Below are positions 8,926 through 17,931 of a DNA stretch of 64,000 bases, in pieces. Under the pieces are notes generated by a model. It was not told where the DNA came from. It saw only the letters and a program-made list of their open reading frames with translations, and ran no database searches. The DNA is taken from the NCBI GenBank assembly GCA_934096645.1, contig CAKOMK010000002.1, positions 55,383-119,382 of the forward strand, in the 5' to 3' direction. This DNA comes from an uncultured Bacilli bacterium (GTDB lineage Bacteria > Bacillota_I > Bacilli_A > RF39 > UBA660). Each line of letters begins with the position of its first letter. Position 1 is the stretch's first letter. The position numbers and the translations under genes are program-made.

Positions 8926-9693
8926 ATGAAAGAATTAAATGAATTATTAAGTGAAATAGGTATTTCTAAGGTAAAATTAGCTAAATATTTAGGCGTATCT
9001 AGACAAATGATATATAATTATTTAGAATTAGATTCTCTTAGTAAATGGCCTCAAGAAAAAAGAATATTATTATTAAAATTATTAGATATAGAAGAGGGTA
9101 GTGATAAGGCTATCAAAAATATTAAGGTTACTAGTGAATACTTAGAAAATGTAGAAGCTAGATTAAATCAAAATGTAAGAGATATGAATAGTCAAGCCTT
9201 CAATTATAAAAATCTAACTAGGGAAGAGCAGGAGTTATTGAATGATTTAGTATTCTTAATCAAAGAAAAATTTACTGAAGAAAAAACAAAGGATACATAT
9301 TTTACATTCTTATATTTATATCATGTTTTACAATCATTAGATAATGTACCAGAGATTAAATATATATTTGCATATTTATCTAAAAAAACTGGATTTACTA
9401 ATCCAATGGAATTTAAATTTAATGAGACAAGACAATTTATATTAGAGAGTATTATATTTACAGCATTTAATCTATATAACAATGGTGGTGCATCTAAATC
9501 TAAATTAGCTGAATCACATGCTAGATTTGTTCAAGAAATTGAAAATGACAAAGAAGAAAAATTATCTAGAACTCAACAATTAAATTCAGTTAAAATTCAA
9601 GCTTTAAAAGAATTAGGATACACTGAAATCAATAAAGATAATGCATCAGAAGTATTAAATAGAATGGCTGAAATTCAATCAAGAAAAGTATAA
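8926..9693 (+). CDS. XRE-family helix-turn-helix protein with a ~220-aa C-terminal domain of unknown function
   Basis: HTH LSEIGISKVKLAKYLGVSRQMIYNY; AGGAGAG RBS before the ATG at 8926. Confidence 0.6.
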   Translation: MKELNELLSEIGISKVKLAKYLGVSRQMIYNYLELDSLSKWPQEKRILLLKLLDIEEGSDKAIKNIKVTSEYLENVEARLNQNVRDMNSQAFNYKNLTREEQELLNDLVFLIKEKFTEEKTKDTYFTFLYLYHVLQSLDNVPEIKYIFAYLSKKTGFTNPMEFKFNETRQFILESIIFTAFNLYNNGGASKSKLAESHARFVQEIENDKEEKLSRTQQLNSVKIQALKELGYTEINKDNASEVLNRMAEIQSRKV

Positions 9694-10165
9694 ATTATTG
9701 ATTAATTTTTATGAATAACATAACTTCCGATAATATATGTTATGTTAACTTCCATATATTTAAAAAAGATTATATATTATTTATATAGTCTTTTATTTTG
9801 CATTTAATTAATATAACAATAACCTATTTCATATTACGATTAATTTTAACGATATTAATATAATTATATGTGTTTAATGATTATCTATTTAATTAAAATT
9901 TATTTTATAACATAAAATTTATTTGCAATCTAAAAACAATTAATTTATATACTTACCATCCATAAATAATATTCATTCATTATTGCCCACTCATTTTTAT
10001 TCATTATTAATTATAATTGGCAATAAATCAATTAAATTCAAAATAATCTATATTATATAATTTAATCGAGATGTATAATTATTCATTTAATCATTTCTCG
10101 ATGCGTTTTAGAAACTCATCTTTTTTTCTAATATATTTAAAATTACAAAATAATAGTGTATTATA

Positions 10166-10213
10166 GTGAATAATAAAACCCCCTCCTCTACTTAAAATTA
10201 ATAGAAAAGGGGG
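10166..10213 (-). terminator. rho-independent terminator of the sigma factor gene
   Basis: 6-bp G/C stem ccccct/aggggg starting 5 nt after the stop codon, followed on the minus strand by TTTTATTATT. Confidence 0.5.
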
Positions 10214-10218
10214 ATACA

Positions 10219-12591
10219 TTATTTTTTATCCATAGTTAATTTATTATCATATGAAACAGCATTAATAGCAGTATCAATAAAACTATTTATATTGTCTCTA
10301 TATAACATCAAAACTTTTTTAGTAGTTTCAATAACTTCTTGATTATCAATTCCTAAGAATTGTGCAATTGATTCAGTTGAAAAATATTTATCATCAACAT
10401 AACCAAGTTTTAAAGATATAATTATAGCTTCTTTAATAGATAGTGTTTTAAGCATTTGTTCAAAAGTAGGGGTTCTAAGTAATTTAAGTATACTAGAATA
10501 TTCTTCTTTAGAAAACGTTTTGCTTTCCTCTACTTCCTCTACTCTGTTTTCTTGATTTTCAACTTCTGGTAAAGAAACAGGTGTAGTAGTTATTTGCTCA
10601 TCATCTTTAGATGCGATTGACTCATTATTACTTGATTCAATAACGGCTTCATTATCTTTTATATTAGGTACAGTAACTGCTTCCCCTACTTCTTTAACAT
10701 CAGATAAATTTTCATCTTTTGCTTCAATAGAATCATCATGTGTAACTGGAACATTAGAATTTAATAAAATTTTTCTAAGTCTAGGTATAATTACAGCATA
10801 ATATAGATTCTTTTCTTTTTTATTTAATTCAGTAAACGTAGGATTTTCTAAATCACCACCATGTCTTTTCATTAAAATATCATAGTGGAAAGAAGATAAT
10901 TGTTTAATAGCCTCATCGACTTTTTCCTTTGGATAATCTCCCATCAATTCATATACAGTTTTACATCTTATTTTAGGTGCATTTTCTACACTTTTTGCAT
11001 TTTTTTCTTTTTTCATATCCGCTGAATCCTCCACTTTGTTTTTATCTTTTTTATTTACTTCATCATTATAAGATCTAGACCAATCACCAGTTTCTCTATA
11101 TCTTTGTCTAAAATACTCCAAATTTTCTAATGATTTATCAGGGTCTTCAGTAAATATTACTAATTTTTTGGCATAGACACTTCTTCTGATAATCATTAAT
11201 GCTTTAGTTTCAATTTGTCTAATTCTTTCACGCGTAACATTATATAATTGACCAATTTCTTCTAATGTCATAGGTTCATTACCATCAAGACCATATCTTT
11301 TAATTAAAACTTCTACAGCTTGTCGTGATAAATTACATTTTTCTAGTAAATCTTGAACTTGATCTTTTAAGTCTACAGAATCATAATCATCTTCTACATA
11401 AGATAAACTATTTTTATTTAAAACTAATAAATCTTTAACTTCAGTATCACTATCATCACTGACTTTCTCATTTAAACTTGTAATATCAAACTGTGATTCC
11501 TGTAAAATATTTACAGTATCTACTCTAACTCCCATTTTTTTAGCAATTTCTTCATTACTTGGGGTTCTATTTAATTCTATAGTTAAATCATTAATGGCTT
11601 TAATATACATATTTCTTTTTTCTAGAACGTGAACAGGAATTCTAATAGCTCTTCCTTTTTCATTAATTGCTCTATTTATATATCCCTTTATATATGCAAA
11701 AGCATAAGTAGAAAATTTCAAGTTTCTAGATAAATCGAAATATTCTATTGCTTTCATAAGTCCAATATTGCCTTCTTGAACTAAATCAAGCAATGACATA
11801 CCTCTATCTTGAAATTTTTTAGCAACATTAACTACTAATTTTAAATTACTTTGAATAAACAGTTCTTTCGCATTTTCATCTCCATTTTTAATTTTTAGTA
11901 ATAGGTCTCTTTCTTGTTCTGTAGTTAATTGCTTATAACTTCCAATTTCTCTCAAATATGTACTTAATATATCTCTTTCAAAATATTTATTATCTTTATC
12001 AATATCGAATTCATCTTCATTATTTTCTTCTTGAATCTCAATATTATTGACCATGCAATATACTTCTATAAAAGAAACTAAAGTATCATTATCAAATAAT
12101 TTTTCAGCTTTTCCAAATAATATTGGATTCTTATATTTTTTAAAAATAGTTTCAGTCATTAAATATAATGGATTATCATTTTTTATTAATTTAATAATCA
12201 TATCTGGTTCTAAAATATAATTATATTGTTTAAGAAAATCATCTAAAATTGAAAAATAACTAATACAATCATTAACATTAGATAAATTAGTAAATCTTTT
12301 CTTAGTAAAATTATTAATTATTATAACAACCTTTTCTAAATCATTTAAATCATTATATACTTTTCTATCAAATCTTTTTTTAAGTTTATTTTTAATAAAT
12401 TTTTTATAAGTTACACTTTCATCAAATTCACTAATAGATTTTTCTATCTCATCTAATATAATATCACTAAACTCTTCACTAGTAATATCTAAATAGTCAT
12501 ATGCATCATAAAATTTACTTATCAAAGGAAATATCATTTTATATATTTGAACTTTATTTAATTGTTTAATTCTTTTTAAATTCAAATCCAT
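10219..12591 (-). CDS. rpoD: RpoD-like sigma-70 factor (790 aa) with a long C-terminal extension holding two extra region-4-like copies
   Basis: Regions 1.2 to 4.2 at aa ~210-470 (EGNIGLMKA, IRIPVHV, LSRQAVEVLIKRYG...TRERIRQIETKAL). Extra region-4-like segments at aa ~565-610 and ~716-766. AAGGAGG RBS. Confidence 0.8.
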   Translation of the reverse strand: MDLNLKRIKQLNKVQIYKMIFPLISKFYDAYDYLDITSEEFSDIILDEIEKSISEFDESVTYKKFIKNKLKKRFDRKVYNDLNDLEKVVIIINNFTKKRFTNLSNVNDCISYFSILDDFLKQYNYILEPDMIIKLIKNDNPLYLMTETIFKKYKNPILFGKAEKLFDNDTLVSFIEVYCMVNNIEIQEENNEDEFDIDKDNKYFERDILSTYLREIGSYKQLTTEQERDLLLKIKNGDENAKELFIQSNLKLVVNVAKKFQDRGMSLLDLVQEGNIGLMKAIEYFDLSRNLKFSTYAFAYIKGYINRAINEKGRAIRIPVHVLEKRNMYIKAINDLTIELNRTPSNEEIAKKMGVRVDTVNILQESQFDITSLNEKVSDDSDTEVKDLLVLNKNSLSYVEDDYDSVDLKDQVQDLLEKCNLSRQAVEVLIKRYGLDGNEPMTLEEIGQLYNVTRERIRQIETKALMIIRRSVYAKKLVIFTEDPDKSLENLEYFRQRYRETGDWSRSYNDEVNKKDKNKVEDSADMKKEKNAKSVENAPKIRCKTVYELMGDYPKEKVDEAIKQLSSFHYDILMKRHGGDLENPTFTELNKKEKNLYYAVIIPRLRKILLNSNVPVTHDDSIEAKDENLSDVKEVGEAVTVPNIKDNEAVIESSNNESIASKDDEQITTTPVSLPEVENQENRVEEVEESKTFSKEEYSSILKLLRTPTFEQMLKTLSIKEAIIISLKLGYVDDKYFSTESIAQFLGIDNQEVIETTKKVLMLYRDNINSFIDTAINAVSYDNKLTMDKK

Positions 12592-12636
12592 AATACCTCC
12601 TTATAAATAAAAAATATATCTAAATAATTAAGATAT

Positions 12637-12666
12637 ATTATACCATCAATAAATAATTCAGTAAAT
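12637..12666 (-). promoter_or_regulatory. candidate promoter of the sigma factor gene
   Basis: Minus-strand TTTACT, 17-nt spacer, extended -10 TGGTATAAT, about 40 nt upstream of the start codon. Confidence 0.4.
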
Positions 12667-12670
12667 AAAA

Positions 12671-13420
12671 TTATATAAAAATAAGAATTAAAGAAAGAAA
12701 GCAAGCACAAATAACACCAACAAATAAGTAATCATTCTTTTTATATTTAATGACTTCCTTTAATATTTCACTAATTGAAAGCCCCACCATTAATCCACCA
12801 GTAAACATAAGTATAAATGAAAGCATTGTATCATTAATATAATCTTTTAAAAATATGTATGAAAGTACTGCTCCGATAGGCTCAGCAAGTCCTGATATTA
12901 ATGTATATTTAATCGCATTTTTTCGTCCTTTGCCACTATAATATAAAGGTATACTAATAGCTATTCCCTCTGGTATATTATGAAGTATAATTGCAATACA
13001 CATTTTAATACCAATCTTGATATTTGTATAAGCAGAAATAAATACAATAATTCCTTCTGGAAAATTATGTATCATTAAAGATATCATACTCAAAATACCA
13101 ATTTTATATAAATTTGATGATTCTTTTTTAGCATTTATTAATGAATTAATTCTACTTATAGATAAATATCCAAATAAAAATACTAGTAATGATATAATAG
13201 TTCCAAGAATAAATCCATAATTATTAGTTAAATCTATAAATGATTCAGGAATTAATTCAAAAATAGAAATAATCATCATAATTGTCATTGAAAAAGATAA
13301 ACAAAATACAATCATCTCATTAACTTTTTTAGTTTTAATAAATACTAAAAAACTACCAAGTACTGTAGATAACCCAGCTATTAATGATAATATTATAGGA
13401 CCAATTATTTCCATTTTCAT
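12671..13420 (-). CDS. ZIP-family divalent metal (zinc) transporter
   Basis: Eight TM helices with histidine-rich ZIP motifs HNFPEGI and HNIPEGIA. Start placed at the MKMEIIGP ATG; the upstream Leu-rich extension in the ORF track is a translation of tandem repeats. Confidence 0.7.
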   Translation of the reverse strand: MKMEIIGPIILSLIAGLSTVLGSFLVFIKTKKVNEMIVFCLSFSMTIMMIISIFELIPESFIDLTNNYGFILGTIISLLVFLFGYLSISRINSLINAKKESSNLYKIGILSMISLMIHNFPEGIIVFISAYTNIKIGIKMCIAIILHNIPEGIAISIPLYYSGKGRKNAIKYTLISGLAEPIGAVLSYIFLKDYINDTMLSFILMFTGGLMVGLSISEILKEVIKYKKNDYLFVGVICACFLSLILIFI

Positions 13421-13481
13421 ATTAAAAATATATACATTAATATTAAAATTATTACCATAATAATACTGGGTGGTGATAAAA

Positions 13482-13601
13482 ATGGCAAATGCTAGAAGCA
13501 ATGCAAGAATGAATTCTAGAGCAAGAGCTAATTCTAGAAGCAAATCAAATGCTAGAAGCAACTCTAGAAGTAAAAGCAATGCATCATCAAGATGTAAATA
13601 G
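13482..13601 (+). CDS. possible 39-codon micro-ORF MANARSNARMNSRARANSRSKSNARSNSRSKSNASSRCK encoded by the repeat
   Basis: ATG with GGTGGTGA 6 nt upstream; frame preserved through all repeat units; very basic N-[AS]-R-S repeats. Confidence 0.2.
   Translation: MANARSNARMNSRARANSRSKSNARSNSRSKSNASSRCK
13483..13600. repeat. tandem 12-nt periodic repeat with palindromic core (T/G)CTAGAAG
   Basis: About six units (aatgctagaagc, aattctagagca, aattctagaagc, aatgctagaagc, aactctagaagt) separated by 6-nt inserts, all in multiples of 3; lies in the ZIP/NlpC divergent intergenic region. Confidence 0.7.
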
Positions 13602-13650
13602 TAAAAGGATATTCGTTGAATATCCTTTTATTTTATGTTACTATAGAAAT

Positions 13651-15012
13651 ATGAATAGTAAGGTAGTTAAGAAGATATTAAGTACAATTTCAATTTTAGC
13701 AGTTACATCTAGTGTAACTTATTTTGCTTTAATAAAAATATACAGAAATAACGCTTACCCTTCAATAAAAGAAGCAACAGTTAAAATAACTAACGATGGG
13801 GTATTAAATATAAAATTTAAACTTAATGAAAATAAATTAAAACATAATAAAATTTATTGTGCTGAAACAAATAATATTGAAACAACAGATAAATGGATTT
13901 TAGCAAAAAATGATGAATGTAATATCAAGGTAGATGAAAATAAATCTTATACTATATATTTAAAAAATGAAAATAATGAAGTATATAAAGTTAGTAATAC
14001 AAAAAAACTAGGAAATATATTAAGTATGAGTTTTAATAAGGAAAAAATATATTTAGCAGTTAAAGGCACTTATGCCCCTACTCTTGATATTAAATCAGTT
14101 GGATATTTTAATAAGGAAGATATAAAGTACACAATTAACGATGAAAAAATAATTTCTATAGATAAAGATTTAAAAATAACTGGTCTTAAAGTTGGAAATA
14201 CTACTTTAACTGCAGAATATAAAGGAATTAAAACATCTACAGAAATCATAGTAACAGATCTTATTACTGTAAGACCTAAAAAATATAATAGTAAAAAACC
14301 TTATCTTCCATGCGGAAAATATAATGAAGAAGAAAATGATTTACTAGATGAGATTCTTAAAGATAGAGTTGATGAAGTTGGTTATCAAACAAGAGCCAGT
14401 GCTGTTGAAGCTGCAAGATTCTTAACTTTAGAATTTCCATATAAAATTAGATATTTTTCTGAAAATGGAAGAGCTAGTACAAATGGTATTGATGGTGAAG
14501 GAAGATATTATCATAAAGGCTTATATTTAGATGAATCAAGATTTACAAATATTAAAAAGAAAATGGCTGGACCTAAAACATGGGGATGTCAATTATATAG
14601 TAGACCTTCTCATGGAAATAGACCTAATGGGCTTGACTGTAGTGGCTTTATCACTTGGGTAATGCTAAATGGTGGATGGGATGTTGGAGATATAGGTGCT
14701 GGACTTGCTTCACACTTAGATTTAACAGACTACGGAAAAAGAATCAGATTTAATGCAGATGTAGTAGCGTCAGGAAAAGTTAAAGTTGGAGATTTATTAA
14801 GTTCAGGCGGACTAAGCGGTGGCCATATAGCTATGATAGCTGGTGAAGATGACGAATATTATTATGTTGCAGAAAGTTTATGGACTCCACCAGATGTTGC
14901 TGTAATTATTAAACCTTATTCAAAGAAAACTATATTTAATCGTTACTTCTATGTAATGTTAATGGATAGTTATTATAAAGAAGATGGAAAACTAACTAAA
15001 TTATGGTATTAA
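13651..15012 (+). CDS. membrane-anchored NlpC/P60-like cell-wall hydrolase with Big-like domains (paralog 1)
   Basis: N-terminal TM anchor; Ig-like segment ITGLKVGNTTLTAEYKG; C-terminal Cys/His domain (DCSGF, GGHIAMI). Confidence 0.7.
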   Translation: MNSKVVKKILSTISILAVTSSVTYFALIKIYRNNAYPSIKEATVKITNDGVLNIKFKLNENKLKHNKIYCAETNNIETTDKWILAKNDECNIKVDENKSYTIYLKNENNEVYKVSNTKKLGNILSMSFNKEKIYLAVKGTYAPTLDIKSVGYFNKEDIKYTINDEKIISIDKDLKITGLKVGNTTLTAEYKGIKTSTEIIVTDLITVRPKKYNSKKPYLPCGKYNEEENDLLDEILKDRVDEVGYQTRASAVEAARFLTLEFPYKIRYFSENGRASTNGIDGEGRYYHKGLYLDESRFTNIKKKMAGPKTWGCQLYSRPSHGNRPNGLDCSGFITWVMLNGGWDVGDIGAGLASHLDLTDYGKRIRFNADVVASGKVKVGDLLSSGGLSGGHIAMIAGEDDEYYYVAESLWTPPDVAVIIKPYSKKTIFNRYFYVMLMDSYYKEDGKLTKLWY

Positions 15013-15013
15013 A

Positions 15014-16348
15014 ATGAAAAAAAGAACAAAAAGAGACAAAAAACTAAAATTAAAGAAAAAATATGTAAGACTATTAAGAAAAATAAAAATATTTTTTATA
15101 AAAGTATTCTTAATTCTAATAGTCATCTTTTTAATTGTATGCATATATAAAAGAATCACTACAACATATAAAGAAATCAATATAAAAGATAATACAATAG
15201 AAATAACATTATCAAGTAAATATAAAGACTCAGAATGTATATTAAGTGCCACTACCCCAACAGATAATGATAAATGGATTAAAATATCAGATAATAAATG
15301 TGTTTCAAATATAGATACAGGATATAAGTATTTATTTATAAAAAAAGATAATAAAATTAAAAGAATAGATAATATATCAAAATATAAAATAAATGAAAAA
15401 GAAAACTTATATTTACCACCAGATGGTAATTATGAATACATAAAATATTATATTGGAGATTATAATTCTATTAAACCAGAATATAATGATAAAATAATAG
15501 ACTTTGTTAATGGTAAAATATCAAGTAAATCTATTGGTTCAACTACTCTAAAAGTGAGTATAAATGATAAAAGTTATAAAATAAATGTTACAGTAACAGA
15601 TACAATAGTAACTCCTCCAAAAGACGGATATGACTATGATAAAAGATATCTAAAATGTAATGAATTTAGTGAAAAAGAAAGCAAATTATTAGATGAAATA
15701 TTAAAGAATAAAATTAATGATGCTGGTTACAAAACAAGAGCTGGTGCTGTTGAGGCAGCAAGATTCTTAACTTTAGAGTTTCCATATAGAATAAATTATT
15801 TTTATGAAAATGGCAGACAAACAACAAATAATGTAGATGGCGAAGGAAGATATTATCATGAAGGACTATATCTTTCAGAAACAAAATATCAAAGTATAAC
15901 AGGTTCTAAAACAGGTCCTAAAATGTGGGGATGTTCACTTTATAGTAATCCTGCTAAAAAATATATGGATAACGGCCTTGACTGTAGTGGATTCGTATCA
16001 TGGGCATTATTAAACTCAGGATTTGATGTTAAAGATGTTGGAGCAGGTTTTTCAGTAAATAGTGACTTAACTGACTTTGGAGATCTTAAAACTCTAACAG
16101 AGTCTCTAGCAACAAGTAACACTATTAAACCAGGAGATTTACTTCATAGTAATGCAGCTGGTGGTCATATAGCTATTATAATTGGAATAGATTCTGAATA
16201 TTATTATGTAGCGCAAGCATTATGGTATGATGAAGTTGGTGTAATAATTTCAAAATATAAAAAGAATAACTTACCTAATTCATTTAGTGAAGTTGTATTA
16301 ATGGATAAATATTATATTAATGATGGAAATCTAACATATATGTGGTAA
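15014..16348 (+). CDS. membrane-anchored NlpC/P60-like cell-wall hydrolase (paralog 2)
   Basis: C-terminal domain shares conserved blocks with 13651..15012 (RAGAVEAARFLTLEFPY, GEGRYYH, DCSGF, GGHIAII); starts 2 nt after paralog 1. Confidence 0.7.
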   Translation: MKKRTKRDKKLKLKKKYVRLLRKIKIFFIKVFLILIVIFLIVCIYKRITTTYKEINIKDNTIEITLSSKYKDSECILSATTPTDNDKWIKISDNKCVSNIDTGYKYLFIKKDNKIKRIDNISKYKINEKENLYLPPDGNYEYIKYYIGDYNSIKPEYNDKIIDFVNGKISSKSIGSTTLKVSINDKSYKINVTVTDTIVTPPKDGYDYDKRYLKCNEFSEKESKLLDEILKNKINDAGYKTRAGAVEAARFLTLEFPYRINYFYENGRQTTNNVDGEGRYYHEGLYLSETKYQSITGSKTGPKMWGCSLYSNPAKKYMDNGLDCSGFVSWALLNSGFDVKDVGAGFSVNSDLTDFGDLKTLTESLATSNTIKPGDLLHSNAAGGHIAIIIGIDSEYYYVAQALWYDEVGVIISKYKKNNLPNSFSEVVLMDKYYINDGNLTYMW

Positions 16349-16350
16349 TA

Positions 16351-16384
16351 AAAAATCGACTAAATAAATAGTCGATTTTAAAAT
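16351..16384. terminator. bidirectional rho-independent terminator between NlpC paralog 2 and mntP
   Basis: Perfect 10-bp inverted repeat aaatcgacta/tagtcgattt flanked by A5 upstream and TTTTAAAA downstream. Confidence 0.6.
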
Positions 16385-16440
16385 GTTTATATATTAATAT
16401 AAATTTATACATACATTTTATAAAAACTCAAAAATAAGTC

Positions 16441-17004
16441 TTAAAACACCCCTAAATGTTCAAATAATATCTTAGTTCCAATAAGAATTAAAATAACACC
16501 ACCTACTATTTCAGCAATATTCTTAAATTTATTGCCAAAAACATTACCAATCTTAACACCAATAACAGAAATAATAAATGTAATAACACCAATCAAACTA
16601 AAAGATAAAACCATATTCTTACTACCATATAAAAAAGCATAAGCAATACCTATAGCCAAAGCATCAATACTAGTAGCAATAGCTAAAACCAACATAGATT
16701 TAAACTTCAAATCACCATAACTACCCTCTTCTTCATGAAAAGCTTCATAAATCATTTTACCACCAATAAATACAAGTAAAACAAAAGCAACCCAATGATC
16801 AATATTAGTAATTAAACTCTCAAACCTACTTCCAAGTAAATAACCAATTAATGGCATTAAAGCTTGAAAAACTCCAAACCACAATCCAACTTTAATAGCA
16901 TCTTTAAATTTAATATTCTTAAGTTCTAATCCAGTACATATAGATACAGCAAAAGCATCCATTGCAAGACCAACACTCATTAATATAGCTTCTAATATAC
17001 TCAT
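16441..17004 (-). CDS. mntP: manganese efflux pump MntP
   Basis: 187 aa, six TM helices, family motifs LAMDAFAVS and ATSIDALAIG. Confidence 0.75.
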   Translation of the reverse strand: MSILEAILMSVGLAMDAFAVSICTGLELKNIKFKDAIKVGLWFGVFQALMPLIGYLLGSRFESLITNIDHWVAFVLLVFIGGKMIYEAFHEEEGSYGDLKFKSMLVLAIATSIDALAIGIAYAFLYGSKNMVLSFSLIGVITFIISVIGVKIGNVFGNKFKNIAEIVGGVILILIGTKILFEHLGVF

Positions 17005-17879
17005 TTCTTATCTCCTTCACCATATGGATTAACATGTATAATAACTAAATAAATATCATCTATCTCTTTAATAATTTCTTTTTCTAATTTATTAGCTATT
17101 TCATGACTCTTAAAAGTACTCATATTTCCATCTACATAAATTGTAAAAGATATCTGATATTTGTATCCAACTGGAGTAGAATTAAAATGAATAACTTTCT
17201 TAACTTCTTCATGTTTATCTATAATTTTAAATACTTTATTTTTAGTTTCAATTGATATAGATTTATCCATCAAAACATCATAACTTTCTATAAATATTTT
17301 AATATATACTATAAGTATCCAAATAGATATAATAGTTCCAACTACCCCATCTAAAAAATATATTCCATATATACTAAATATACAAGAAATTAAGTTCAAA
17401 GTAGTAATAATACTATCATAAAAATGATCTTTTGAATTAGCTTTTAATAACAAATTATTATATTTTTTATGCAATTTATTAGTATAGAAATATAAAATCA
17501 ATTTAGTAATAATAGTTATTAAACATACAACTATTAACCATATAGAAAACTCATATGTTTTATTATTTATAAGTGAGCTAATAGAATCTTTAAGTAAGAA
17601 TAATGACATTAATATCATAGATATACTAATTAACATAGAATATATATATTCTGCTTTTCCATGTCCTAAATTATGATCTTCATCACATGGCTTACTTGAT
17701 ATTTTATTCCCTATAAATGTCATTAAAGATGAAAATATATCACCAGCACTATTAAACGCATCAGCCATCATAGCTTGACTACCAGTTATAAAACTAACTA
17801 TTCCTTTTATAATCATCAAAAATATATTACATATCATGCCAAACATTCCAGCTCTTTTAGTACTAGTATATCTATTCAT
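17001..17879 (-). CDS. cation diffusion facilitator family metal efflux transporter
   Basis: Six TM helices plus a C-terminal cytoplasmic domain, with CDF motifs in TM2 and TM5 (HGKAEYI). 4-nt overlap with mntP. Confidence 0.7.
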   Translation of the reverse strand: MNRYTSTKRAGMFGMICNIFLMIIKGIVSFITGSQAMMADAFNSAGDIFSSLMTFIGNKISSKPCDEDHNLGHGKAEYIYSMLISISMILMSLFLLKDSISSLINNKTYEFSIWLIVVCLITIITKLILYFYTNKLHKKYNNLLLKANSKDHFYDSIITTLNLISCIFSIYGIYFLDGVVGTIISIWILIVYIKIFIESYDVLMDKSISIETKNKVFKIIDKHEEVKKVIHFNSTPVGYKYQISFTIYVDGNMSTFKSHEIANKLEKEIIKEIDDIYLVIIHVNPYGEGDKK

Positions 17880-17931
17880 AATTTTTCTCCTTAATAATTT
17901 ATATTCAAAATATAACAGATATTTCTATCTG

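Noticed and set aside
13421-13579. Leu-rich N-terminal extension (MLLLLELLLAFDLLLELALALEF...) of the ZIP transporter in the ORF track
   Set aside because: It is the minus-strand translation of the 12-nt tandem repeat and has no RBS. The transporter's conserved body begins at MKMEIIGP, so the extension is an artefact of the longest-ORF rule.
13549-13650. Upstream start (13549) for NlpC/P60 paralog 1, and the TTG/GTG starts used for several ORF-track entries (3495, 8386, 29314)
   Set aside because: The track evidently translates alternative start codons as M. In each case an in-frame ATG with a Shine-Dalgarno sequence lies shortly downstream and matches the homolog N-termini.
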